Source: Fidelibacterota bacterium (lineage in GTDB: Bacteria > Fidelibacterota > Marinisomatia > Marinisomatales > TCS55). Taken from it: DNA of 32,000 bases. Under the pieces are notes generated by a model, which saw only the letters and a list, made by a program, of their open reading frames with translations, was not told where the DNA came from and searched no databases. Positions 17,468 to 26,298 of this stretch are shown one piece after another (positions within the stretch are counted from its first letter, which is position 1; every line of letters starts with the position of its first letter). The stretch covers positions 25,493-57,492 of the forward strand of contig JBHHTW010000013.1 of NCBI GenBank assembly GCA_046861385.1. Reading direction: 5' to 3'. The position numbers were made by a program, and so were the translations under genes.

Positions 17468-17870
17468 TATCGAACATTTTCACAGGCAAATGATTCATTT
17501 CCCTATGGCATTGTTAACTATGAGTATCGTATTCGATTTGGCTGGCATATATTTCAAAAAAGAACAGTTTTTTTCAACAAGCTGGTACATATTAATAACA
17601 GGAGTTTTAGGGTCGGTTGCGGCTATCTTGTCCGGGGTGATTGCAGACACGGTGTACGGACACATGTCAAATCCATTCCCAATATATAAGACACATGGAA
17701 TGGTCCAAATAATAGCCAGCGCCATATTTATCAGTTTATGGTTCTGGCGATATTTTCAAGGCTCACCAAAAAATAAACCACCCATGTGGTATTTAATCGT
17801 CGGTTTGATTGCTGTCATTACATTATTGTATGGCGGTCATTTAGGCGGAACATTGGCCGGACATGGTTAA
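17460..17870 (+). CDS. DUF2231-like four-helix membrane protein
   Basis: 136 aa. The N-terminal HFPMALLTMSIVFDL resembles the DUF2231 signature (HP.lVHFPIAL). There are four hydrophobic helices. The ATG overlaps the end of the ligase gene by 8 nt. Confidence 0.55.
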   Translation: MINIEHFHRQMIHFPMALLTMSIVFDLAGIYFKKEQFFSTSWYILITGVLGSVAAILSGVIADTVYGHMSNPFPIYKTHGMVQIIASAIFISLWFWRYFQGSPKNKPPMWYLIVGLIAVITLLYGGHLGGTLAGHG

Positions 17871-17988
17871 TACCCGACCTATATCATAGTTAATGGCTTG
17901 AGGAAATTTTAATTATTAAGTTATTCAGAATAAAGAGAGAAGTTTTTAATTTAATCCTTAATATTTATTATGATTCGCGACAATTAAC

Positions 17989-18657
17989 ATGACCCATTTC
18001 AAATCTGTATTTAGTTCCTCAATTGGTAAAAAAATTCTTATGGCAGCGACGGGGTTATTATTATGCCTGTATTTGATTGTTCATATTATTGGAAACTTAT
18101 TTCTTTTTGCAGGTCCCGACGCATTTAATCTTTATGTGAAAACACTATCAAGCGTTAAACCTGTAGTTAGAACCATCGAAGTCATTCTTGCGCTGATATT
18201 TCTTAACCACATTTTTTTTGGGGCAAAGTTGACATTGGAAAACAGAAAAGCGATTACTCAAAAATATACAGTTAACTCAGCGAATGAAAATTCAAGTTTT
18301 TTTTCAAGAAATATGTTTTTAAGCGGAAGCATCCTCTTCATTTTTTTAATAACCCATCTATCCACTTTTTGGTATCTGTTTCAAGCACAGCATGATGAAG
18401 GAAATTTTTATAATATTGTTATGGGCAAGACTGTCGGATTCGGTAATCCGCTTATCGCAGCTTTGTACTCAGTGGCTATGATCTTGCTGGGATTCCATCT
18501 TCGTCATGGATTTCAATCTGCATTTCAAACCTTCGGTATCCGTTACAATAAATATAGCAGACTAATTGAAACAGCGGCGATGGTCTTTTGGCTAATTATA
18601 CCTATGGGGTTTTTTGCAATTGCGGTGTGGTTTGGATTCTTGGGAGGAGGGCATTAA
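17989..18657 (+). CDS. sdhC: Succinate dehydrogenase/fumarate reductase cytochrome b subunit (b558-type, single membrane anchor)
   Basis: 222 aa with five hydrophobic helices bearing conserved His residues ([24 protein letters not shown]). It sits directly upstream of sdhA/sdhB. Confidence 0.8.
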   Translation: MTHFKSVFSSSIGKKILMAATGLLLCLYLIVHIIGNLFLFAGPDAFNLYVKTLSSVKPVVRTIEVILALIFLNHIFFGAKLTLENRKAITQKYTVNSANENSSFFSRNMFLSGSILFIFLITHLSTFWYLFQAQHDEGNFYNIVMGKTVGFGNPLIAALYSVAMILLGFHLRHGFQSAFQTFGIRYNKYSRLIETAAMVFWLIIPMGFFAIAVWFGFLGGGH

Positions 18658-18658
18658 T

Positions 18659-20569
18659 ATGCTGAATAGTAAAATTCCGGCCGGACCCCTGGCAGAAAAA
18701 TGGACCAAGCAAAAATTTGATTTGAAGCTTGTAAATCCAGCCAATAAACGGAAATATAACATTATAGTTGTGGGAACCGGATTGGCCGGAGCTTCAGCTG
18801 CGGCTTCATTAGCTGAGTTGGGTTATAATGTACAGGCGTTTTCTTACCACGAATCGCCCCGCAGAGCCCATAGTATCGCAGCCCAGGGAGGTATTAATGC
18901 AGCGAAGAATTACCCCAACGACGGTGATAGTATTTTTCGGCTTTTCTATGATACAATAAAGGGAGGAGATTATCGCTCCAGAGAGGCCAATGTTTATCGT
19001 TTGGCTGAGGTTAGTAATAATATTATTGATCAATGCGTTGCCCAGGGAGTGCCCTTTGCCCGGGAATACGGCGGACTTTTGGATAATCGTTCGTTTGGGG
19101 GTGCACAGGTTTCCAGAACGTTTTATGCTAGAGGGCAAACAGGTCAGCAATTATTATTAGGTTGTTATTCCGCTTTGGTGCGTCAAATGCATACTGGAAA
19201 AGTAACGTTTCACCCAAGACATGAAATGTTGGATTTGGTAATGATAGATGGTGAAGCAAAAGGAATTATTACACGGAATCTTATCACCGGAGAAATTAAA
19301 CCTCACGCCGCTCATGCGGTGGTTCTGGCAACAGGTGGATACGGCAATCTGTTTTTTCTGTCTACGAATGCCATGGCAAGCAACGCAACGGCTGCCTGGA
19401 GAGCCCATAAAAAAGGAGCCTTTTTTGCAAACCCAAGTTTCGTACAAATCCATCCAACATGCATTCCAGTTGCCAGCGAACATCAATCTAAACTAACGTT
19501 AATGAGCGAAAGCTTGAGGAATGACGGCAGAGTTTGGGTGCCAAAAAAGAAAGGCGATAAACGTCATCCAACCGAAATCCCCGAAGAAGAAAGGGATTAT
19601 TATCTGGAACGCCTGTATCCATCTTTTGGCAATCTGGTACCGAGAGATGTGGCAAGCCGTAGAGCAAAGGAAATGTGTGATTTAGGGAACGGAGTTGGCG
19701 AGACGGGGCTGGCGGTGTACCTGGATTTTGCAGATGCTATACAACGAATGGGTAAAGAGGTTGTTAAAGAGAAATATGGGAATCTGTTTGATATGTATAA
19801 ACAAATTACCGGTGAAAATCCTTACAAAGTTCCCATGCGAATTTATCCAGCAATACATTATACCATGGGTGGAGTATGGGTGGACTATAACCTCATGAGT
19901 ACAATCCCGGGTTTGTATATATTAGGTGAAGCAAATTTTTCTGATCATGGAGCCAACCGCCTGGGCGCCTCTGCCTTGATGCAGGGACTTGCTGATGGTT
20001 ATTTTATATTGCCTTATACGATTGGTGATTACTTAACCGGGAAACTTGGTGAACATATTTCCACCGACCACGAGGCCTTTACTGCAGCTGAAACAAAAGT
20101 AAAAAATAATATTTCAACGCTTCTTTCTATTAACGGTAAAAGAACCGTGGATGATATTCATAAAGAGCTTGGCTTAATGTTATGGAACAATGTCGGTATG
20201 TCTCGAAATGCTAAAGGTCTAGAAAAAGCAATTAATGAAATCCCAAAACTTAGAGAAGAATTTTGGAACAATGTTAAAGTTACCGGTACAGCAGATGAGC
20301 TAAATCCAGAACTTGAGAAAGCCGGTCGCGTTGCAGATTTTCTGGAACTGGGAGAACTCATGGCTCGTGATGCTTTAAATCGCGAGGAATCATGCGGTGG
20401 ACATTTCCGGGAAGAACACCAAACTGAAGAAAACGAAGCAAAACGCAACGATGAAGAATTTACCTATGTGAGCGCCTGGGAGTATAAAGGCAAGGATAAA
20501 CCGTCAAAATTACACAAGGAAACCCTTGAGTTCGATAATGTTGAATTAACCACCAGGAGCTACAAGTAA
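18659..20569 (+). CDS. sdhA: Succinate dehydrogenase/fumarate reductase flavoprotein subunit
   Basis: Contains the FAD fold [13 protein letters not shown], the covalent-FAD His context [11 protein letters not shown] and the active-site block HYTMGG. The ATG at 18659 is preferred over the track start 18614: GGAGGAGG sits at 18643-18650, and the 45-nt extension overlaps sdhC. Confidence 0.95.
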   Translation: MLNSKIPAGPLAEKWTKQKFDLKLVNPANKRKYNIIVVGTGLAGASAAASLAELGYNVQAFSYHESPRRAHSIAAQGGINAAKNYPNDGDSIFRLFYDTIKGGDYRSREANVYRLAEVSNNIIDQCVAQGVPFAREYGGLLDNRSFGGAQVSRTFYARGQTGQQLLLGCYSALVRQMHTGKVTFHPRHEMLDLVMIDGEAKGIITRNLITGEIKPHAAHAVVLATGGYGNLFFLSTNAMASNATAAWRAHKKGAFFANPSFVQIHPTCIPVASEHQSKLTLMSESLRNDGRVWVPKKKGDKRHPTEIPEEERDYYLERLYPSFGNLVPRDVASRRAKEMCDLGNGVGETGLAVYLDFADAIQRMGKEVVKEKYGNLFDMYKQITGENPYKVPMRIYPAIHYTMGGVWVDYNLMSTIPGLYILGEANFSDHGANRLGASALMQGLADGYFILPYTIGDYLTGKLGEHISTDHEAFTAAETKVKNNISTLLSINGKRTVDDIHKELGLMLWNNVGMSRNAKGLEKAINEIPKLREEFWNNVKVTGTADELNPELEKAGRVADFLELGELMARDALNREESCGGHFREEHQTEENEAKRNDEEFTYVSAWEYKGKDKPSKLHKETLEFDNVELTTRSYK

Positions 20570-21306
20570 TGAGGGTATCGTTAAAAGTTTGGCGGCAGCC
20601 AAAAGCGGCGTCTCGGGGATCCTTTGAAACCTATCCTGTGGAAAATGTATCGGAAGACATGTCATTTTTCGAAATGATGGATATGTTGAACGATCAACTG
20701 GTATTGGCCGGAAAAACGCCCATTGCTTTTGATCACGATTGTCGTGAGGGGATCTGTGGAACGTGTGGTTTATTTATCAACGGCAGAGCCCATGGCCCAC
20801 TAACGGGTATTACTACCTGCCAGCTGCACATGCGCAGTTTTAAAGATGGAGAAACAATCACGGTCGAACCTTGGCGCGCAAAAGCATTTCCGGTGATAAA
20901 AGATTTAATTGTGAATAGAATTTCCCTGGACAGTATAATGGAAGCGGGCGGCTATATTTCCGTGAATACAGGTGGAGCCCCCGATGCAAATGAAATTCTT
21001 ATACCAAAATTACACGTAGATGAGGCCATGGATGCCGCCGCATGTATCGGTTGTGGTGCTTGTGTGGCTACGTGTAAAAATTCCTCTGCGATGTTATTTG
21101 TTTCTGCAAAAATCTCTCAATTGGCATTACTTCCCCAAGGACAAACTGAATGCAAAACCAGAGTCAATAATATGGTGGCTCAAATGGATGAAGCCGGGTT
21201 TGGTAATTGCACCAATACGGGAGCTTGTGAAGTGGAATGCCCAAAAGAAATATCGATTATACACATTGCGCGGTTAAACAGGGAATTTATTAAATCAAGT
21301 TTTTAA
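20569..21306 (+). CDS. sdhB: Succinate dehydrogenase/fumarate reductase iron-sulfur subunit
   Basis: Three Cys clusters are visible: [10 protein letters not shown] (2Fe-2S), [11 protein letters not shown] (4Fe-4S) and [12 protein letters not shown] (3Fe-4S). The start overlaps the sdhA stop (TAATG). Confidence 0.95.
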   Translation: MRVSLKVWRQPKAASRGSFETYPVENVSEDMSFFEMMDMLNDQLVLAGKTPIAFDHDCREGICGTCGLFINGRAHGPLTGITTCQLHMRSFKDGETITVEPWRAKAFPVIKDLIVNRISLDSIMEAGGYISVNTGGAPDANEILIPKLHVDEAMDAAACIGCGACVATCKNSSAMLFVSAKISQLALLPQGQTECKTRVNNMVAQMDEAGFGNCTNTGACEVECPKEISIIHIARLNREFIKSSF

Positions 21307-21324
21307 GATAAGTGAAATAGGTAA

Positions 21325-21356
21325 TAAAAAAGCCCCGGAATATCGGGGCTTTTTTA
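21325..21356. terminator. Bidirectional rho-independent terminator between convergent sdhB and tonB
   Basis: AAAAAA-AGCCCCG-gaatat-CGGGGCT-TTTTT: a perfect 7-bp GC-rich stem (21331-21337 with 21344-21350) flanked by A- and T-tracts. It can therefore terminate both strands. The T-tract side overlaps the tonB stop codon. Confidence 0.75.
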
Positions 21357-21971
21357 TTTAAGTCTAAAATTAACCGGGATTGAAATCCAAACCCCTACAG
21401 CACGTTCCCGCTGTTTCGCCGGTCTAAAACGTGTTCTTCGAATCGCTTCAATTGCGGCTTCGTCCAATCCGGTGTTTGGGATACCTTTTAAAATCGATGT
21501 TTCTTTTACTCGTCCTTTTTTATCAACAAAAACCTGAACAATAACCGTTCCTTCGATGCCGGCTTCCTGGGCGATTTCCGGATATTTCGGGCGAATAGGC
21601 GATAACGGTTTTGGTGGGTCATCATAGGGAATGAATTTTACCTGCGGTCCTTCCGGCGGCGGCGGCGGCGCATCCCAAGCCTCAAAACTTTCTAAATCCG
21701 TTTCTTCAATGGTTAGGTCATCCGCAAGGTCTTCAGACTCCGACTCAATCGGCACAGAAGGTCTTGCCGGAGGCGGGGGTAAATCAAATTGCTGTGTCTG
21801 AGGAATATCAATCTGTTCGATGATAATTTGATTCGCATCTTCTAATACAACTGTTGTGAAACTTCGAGGAACAAACAGAAAACCAAATGTAATGATCAAT
21901 ATTCCAACAAGCCCTGCAATCCTCACCGTTAAGGAATAGTTAAATTTCAGTTGGGGTGTATAATCGCTCAT
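21354..21971 (-). CDS. tonB: TonB family energy-transducer protein
   Basis: 205 aa. It has an N-terminal TM anchor, Pro-rich spacers (LPPPPARP, PPPPPEGP) and a C-terminal TonB domain (YPEIAQEAGIEGTVIVQVFVDKKGRV...RFRPA). Confidence 0.8.
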   Translation of the reverse strand: MSDYTPQLKFNYSLTVRIAGLVGILIITFGFLFVPRSFTTVVLEDANQIIIEQIDIPQTQQFDLPPPPARPSVPIESESEDLADDLTIEETDLESFEAWDAPPPPPEGPQVKFIPYDDPPKPLSPIRPKYPEIAQEAGIEGTVIVQVFVDKKGRVKETSILKGIPNTGLDEAAIEAIRRTRFRPAKQRERAVGVWISIPVNFRLK

Positions 21972-21974
21972 GAT

Positions 21975-22385
21975 TTAATTAACAGCTGTTTTCGTAGAAT
22001 AGTTAAGCTTTAATGCATCAGCTTTCCGCAATTCATTGTGTATATTAGAAATAAGTCCCATTTTTGCAGATTTGTCTGCTTTTAGGGAGACGGTTAATAA
22101 TGGGTCAGCTGAACGAATCTCATACATTACATGACGTACAGATTCTATATTATGCAATTTATCTTGAATGGATATCAAGCCTTTTTTATCCACAAAGACA
22201 TGAGCAGTATGACGTTTGGATTTTAATTTTTCAATACGTTTTGCCCGGGGTAATTCGACAGGCAAACCATCATATTCACGAAGAACGGTTGTGACCATAA
22301 AAAATATCAGCAGCATAAATATAATGTCCGGCATCGATGCCGTTGGGATGTCGCTTGAAATTTTCGTCTTACGTTGAACTTTCAT
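21975..22385 (-). CDS. exbD: ExbD/TolR family biopolymer transport protein (copy 2)
   Basis: 136 aa. MPDIIFMLLIFFMVTT holds the conserved TM Asp, with the periplasmic domain following. Confidence 0.85.
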   Translation of the reverse strand: MKVQRKTKISSDIPTASMPDIIFMLLIFFMVTTVLREYDGLPVELPRAKRIEKLKSKRHTAHVFVDKKGLISIQDKLHNIESVRHVMYEIRSADPLLTVSLKADKSAKMGLISNIHNELRKADALKLNYSTKTAVN

Positions 22386-22780
22386 TAGTCGGACTCAGCA
22401 ATGGATATTCGTTTTGCATTGGCCATTTTTAGCTGATCAATCACAGAAATATAGTCGCTATATTTTGTTTTTTCATGAGCCTTCACAGAAATAATCAGCT
22501 TATCATTTTCCGCAATTCTACGACGAATTTCCTTACTAATATCACTTATTCTTACAGGATCACGGCCCAAAAGAACATCGCCCTTTGAATTAATAAGACA
22601 ATTTAGGATATTGTCTTTCTTTATTTCTATCTCTTCACCCTCCGCGGGGAGTACGATACCCAACCCTTTATCCATATCTATCGTAGTTGTCACTAAGAAA
22701 AAAATGAGCAGAAGAAAGGCAATATCTGCCATGGAAGAAGTCGGGATTTCACCCCCTTTGAATCGACGCTTATTTTTCAT
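22385..22780 (-). CDS. exbD: ExbD/TolR family biopolymer transport protein (copy 1)
   Basis: 131 aa. It has MADIAFLLLIFFLVTT, and its stop overlaps the next start by 1 nt. Confidence 0.85.
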   Translation of the reverse strand: MKNKRRFKGGEIPTSSMADIAFLLLIFFLVTTTIDMDKGLGIVLPAEGEEIEIKKDNILNCLINSKGDVLLGRDPVRISDISKEIRRRIAENDKLIISVKAHEKTKYSDYISVIDQLKMANAKRISIAESD

Positions 22781-22798
22781 TCGCTTTGATTCTCGAAA

Positions 22799-23416
22799 TT
22801 ATTTATTTAATTGCATTTCATATAGTTTATCAACCAATTGGATTGAATGCTCCTCCATTTCCAAAACCAGTTTATCAATTCTGGAAACAAATAAGTTTTG
22901 AAAAATTTGGATAATCATTGCGACAATCAGACCAAAAGCAGTGGTTAACAATGCCTGTGAAATACCACCGGCAACAACAGCGGGTGAAATATCATCCGCA
23001 GCAGCAATAGCATCAAAAGCAGAAATCATCCCGGCGACTGTACCTGTAAAACCAAGCATCGGAGCAATGGTAATAACAGCATTTAGCCAAATCATGTTTT
23101 TTTCAAGAAAAGACATTTCTAAGGAACCGGCGTTTTGAATTGCCTTTTCAACTTCTTCTAAACCTCTGTTAATTCGAGAAAGACCAGCATGAAAAATTTC
23201 AGCTACAGGACCGTTTGTTTTTTCACAAAGCTCCATGCAGGCTTTTTCACCCTCATTCTTCAATGTGTCATTAACATCATCGAAAAACTTTTGTGCATTA
23301 ATTGATGACATGATCAGTGAATAAAAACGCTCACCTGCAAAAGCAAGCCCAAAAATCAATGACAATAATATTGGCCACATAAAGGGACCACCATTTACGA
23401 AATATTCGACTAGCAT
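22799..23416 (-). CDS. exbB: ExbB (MotA/TolQ/ExbB proton-channel family)
   Basis: 205 aa. It has IAPMLGFTGTVAGMI and ALLTTAFGLIVAMI, the family TM2/TM3 signature. A GGAGG SD lies upstream on the minus strand (about 23421-23425). Confidence 0.85.
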   Translation of the reverse strand: MLVEYFVNGGPFMWPILLSLIFGLAFAGERFYSLIMSSINAQKFFDDVNDTLKNEGEKACMELCEKTNGPVAEIFHAGLSRINRGLEEVEKAIQNAGSLEMSFLEKNMIWLNAVITIAPMLGFTGTVAGMISAFDAIAAADDISPAVVAGGISQALLTTAFGLIVAMIIQIFQNLFVSRIDKLVLEMEEHSIQLVDKLYEMQLNK

Positions 23417-23515
23417 TTAGTCCTCCGTTTGTTCATTTTGTAGTATTAACCTCGGAAAATCGAAGCGAAACTTATTAATTACCATCTGGAATGTCAATAA
23501 ATCCAATATATTAAT

Positions 23516-25120
23516 TTACTGAGAATAATTTATGAATCCAGCCGCTTCGTTAAAATAATCTAAAGCGTCCATTACTTGGTTATCATAAGTCAGACGGATA
23601 CTGATTGCTTCATCTTTACCCCAATAAGCACCTGCAATTTCTGATTTTAGCATTTTTAAAATATATGCTTTATCTATTTCCAGTTCATCCTGATTGATTT
23701 CTACTCCTTCACTTAGAGTATATTCAATAAAATTATAGAAATCATTATCGTTAAGCTCCCAATTATGCTTAAAGTCTTCGAATAGACTAAATTCATCTTT
23801 GTGGGAACTGGCATAATTAGAACCCCAGTTGAAAAAGGGTCGTTTTGGGCTCGATAATAATTTTTGAGTATTTTTTTGCAAATCAAGTTCCCAGCGAATA
23901 TAAATATCGGGAGTGATTCCACCTCCGCCATATACTTCGCGCCCGCCCCTGGTTGCATATTTTGGTCTAAGCTTTTTCAATGAATCCAAAACAGATTCAC
24001 GATCCTGGACATATAATTCTTTATAGTAATCTCTTGCGTCTCCATTCTTAAATGGGCGTTGTATCAACCTTCCACTGGGCGTATAATAGCGGGCGATGGT
24101 CACGCGTATTGCTGATCCGTCATTGAGAGGTAACTGTCTTTGCACAAGTCCTTTTCCAAAGCTGGTTTCACCCACAACCAGTCCGCGATCTAAGTCCTGA
24201 ATCGCCCCGGCCACTATTTCACTTGCGCTCGCCGATCCGCGATTGATGAGTACAATTAAGGGATAATCTTCTCTGCCTTTTTTGGGATCGGAAATAAACA
24301 CTTGTTCCACACGAATACTTTTCCCCTTTGTAAACACTAATGTGTCGCTATGGGCAATAAACAAATTACTGATGGCCGCGGCTTGTTCTAAATATCCTCC
24401 ACTGTTATTTCGCAAATCAAAAATCAGCCGTTTCATGCCTTGTGCCTCTAATTGATTTAAGGCAGTTCGTACTTCTTCATCCGTCGTGGCTGAAAAACGT
24501 GTTAACCAAATATAACCGGTTTCATCATCGATCATCAACACCGCCCGGACACTGTAGATTGGTATATCATCCCGAATAATTGTAACATTGAATTCATCTC
24601 CGCCAATTCTTCGAATGGTTATTTCAACAGAAGACCCCTTTAGCCCCCTGAGCTTTTTAAAGACATCTTTTTTTGTTATTTCAAAAGAGTCTTCGCCATT
24701 AATGGCAATAATCTGATCCCCTGGCAGAAGCCCCGCCCGCTCAGACGGACTATCTGCCACGGGTGAAATAACTGTTATGTAACCGTTTAAAATGTCAAAT
24801 TCAATCCCAATCCCCTGAAACGAACCACGGAAAAGTTCACCAATCTCTTCTTGTTGTTCAGCCGGGATATAAACAGAATGGGGATCCAATTCATCAAATA
24901 TACCTTCGAACGCCCCTTCCAAAAGTTTATCCATGTCCACATCTTCATAATATAGCTGATTGATATAATAAAGAATTTGATTGAGAATTTTAAACTTTTC
25001 TTCTAGAATATTTGCGGGATTTTTTGAATATAGAAATTGGGATAATGGTATAGCAGCTAAAAAGACGACCATGATCACGGTCAGTACAACTGGGAAGCGT
25101 TTTATGAATCGATTTTTCAT
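23516..25120 (-). CDS. S41-family C-terminal processing peptidase with PDZ domain
   Basis: 534 aa. It has an N-terminal anchor and a PDZ block (GLLPGDQIIAINGE). The nucleophile context is INRGSASASEIVAGA and the catalytic Lys context is ETSFGKGLVQ. Confidence 0.9.
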   Translation of the reverse strand: MKNRFIKRFPVVLTVIMVVFLAAIPLSQFLYSKNPANILEEKFKILNQILYYINQLYYEDVDMDKLLEGAFEGIFDELDPHSVYIPAEQQEEIGELFRGSFQGIGIEFDILNGYITVISPVADSPSERAGLLPGDQIIAINGEDSFEITKKDVFKKLRGLKGSSVEITIRRIGGDEFNVTIIRDDIPIYSVRAVLMIDDETGYIWLTRFSATTDEEVRTALNQLEAQGMKRLIFDLRNNSGGYLEQAAAISNLFIAHSDTLVFTKGKSIRVEQVFISDPKKGREDYPLIVLINRGSASASEIVAGAIQDLDRGLVVGETSFGKGLVQRQLPLNDGSAIRVTIARYYTPSGRLIQRPFKNGDARDYYKELYVQDRESVLDSLKKLRPKYATRGGREVYGGGGITPDIYIRWELDLQKNTQKLLSSPKRPFFNWGSNYASSHKDEFSLFEDFKHNWELNDNDFYNFIEYTLSEGVEINQDELEIDKAYILKMLKSEIAGAYWGKDEAISIRLTYDNQVMDALDYFNEAAGFINYSQ

Positions 25121-25160
25121 TTAATTGAGTTTTGATATAGAAAAAGAAATGAGAATGTAT

Positions 25161-26036
25161 TTATAATCCAAAATAAAACATGGTTCGTATCGCTAATCCT
25201 TGTAAAGTTGATTTTGGAGAATCTGCAATTTGTTTTCGGTCATTTAGTTTCCATTTTCCGGCACCAATGGTTCCCTGATTATAGCCAAGGCTCATACGGA
25301 GTCCGACTCTGTCCATGATTTGCCATTTAACGGCTATATAGGGTTGGAAATTAAAAAAAGTGCCGCTCAAATCAGTCAGCCCTCCGCTTTTATTAACTGG
25401 AGTTAACTTATTGTCATAGTAGTTTGAATTAAAACTGGAATCATTTGGAATTTCATAATAAACGTTACCATCTTGAACGGTACCATACAAATTGGAATAA
25501 AAATCATTCCACTTAGCTTCTCCCGTATATTGGTCAATGCTCACGTTCACCCGGCCGATTCCCAGCATAGCACCGCCGGAAATCTCCAGATCCCGGAAAA
25601 CAGGTACAACATATTCCAATAAAACAGCGCCAAGTGTAAATGAAAATTTGGCTGTTACTGTTGATTGAGAAATCACAGGTCCAACAGTATCGCTTTCAGT
25701 CTGAATACCAAGAGAATCATTCATTTCCTTATATAAATATGTATCCATAATATTGCTGATACTGGAAGAACCGATACCGGCGTATCCACCCAGACGCCAT
25801 CTTCCGGATATTTGCGTAAATCCCTCTCCGCCATGAATAATGAAGGGGCTGTTAAAATTATTAGTATTTAAGCCCATTTTTGTCATGAGGGAAGAACCCG
25901 GAATAGAGTCCAAAGACAGGTATGTGGGACTGTAACCGATCCCGCCGCCGTAATAATCCTGGATTGGATAAAAATCGCTTTGGGCGAAAAGCAATAGTGG
26001 AATTAATTGGATAATTAGAATTTTAATTTTCTTCAT
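25161..26036 (-). CDS. Putative outer-membrane beta-barrel protein
   Basis: The internal ATG at 26036 gives the signal peptide MKKIKILIIQLIPLLLFAQ. The body is Gly/Tyr/Ser-rich with alternating strands, and the C-terminus is aromatic (RTMFYFGL). I recognised no enzyme motif. Confidence 0.45.
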   Translation of the reverse strand: MKKIKILIIQLIPLLLFAQSDFYPIQDYYGGGIGYSPTYLSLDSIPGSSLMTKMGLNTNNFNSPFIIHGGEGFTQISGRWRLGGYAGIGSSSISNIMDTYLYKEMNDSLGIQTESDTVGPVISQSTVTAKFSFTLGAVLLEYVVPVFRDLEISGGAMLGIGRVNVSIDQYTGEAKWNDFYSNLYGTVQDGNVYYEIPNDSSFNSNYYDNKLTPVNKSGGLTDLSGTFFNFQPYIAVKWQIMDRVGLRMSLGYNQGTIGAGKWKLNDRKQIADSPKSTLQGLAIRTMFYFGL

Positions 26037-26298
26037 ACTATACTCGTTATAAGACTGCATCGCATCGTCCAATTTAGTCTTCTACTCTTTAAATTTGGAA
26101 AGGAAATATTGCGCCGAATTTAGACAATTCTGAATGTAAAATAGGGCCTTTTCCTTGTATTTTTCGAGGGTGAAAGTCTATATTCCCATTCAGTAGATGT
26201 AGATGAATATAGCTTATTCTGCGTTTTAGCAGAGCGAGCAATCATCTTTATAAAGTAAAACGACAATCGAGGTAAGGATTAATAGGAAGAAAGACATT

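Noticed and set aside
18614-18658. Upstream extension of sdhA suggested by the ORF track ([15 protein letters not shown]...)
   Set aside because: The extension overlaps the end of sdhC. The ATG at 18659 is preceded by GGAGGAGG at the correct spacing and yields a typical SdhA N-terminus.
21020-21277. 85-aa alternative-frame ORF inside sdhB
   Set aside because: It lies wholly within the sdhB frame, which carries the three canonical Cys clusters. It is a chance same-strand, out-of-frame ORF.
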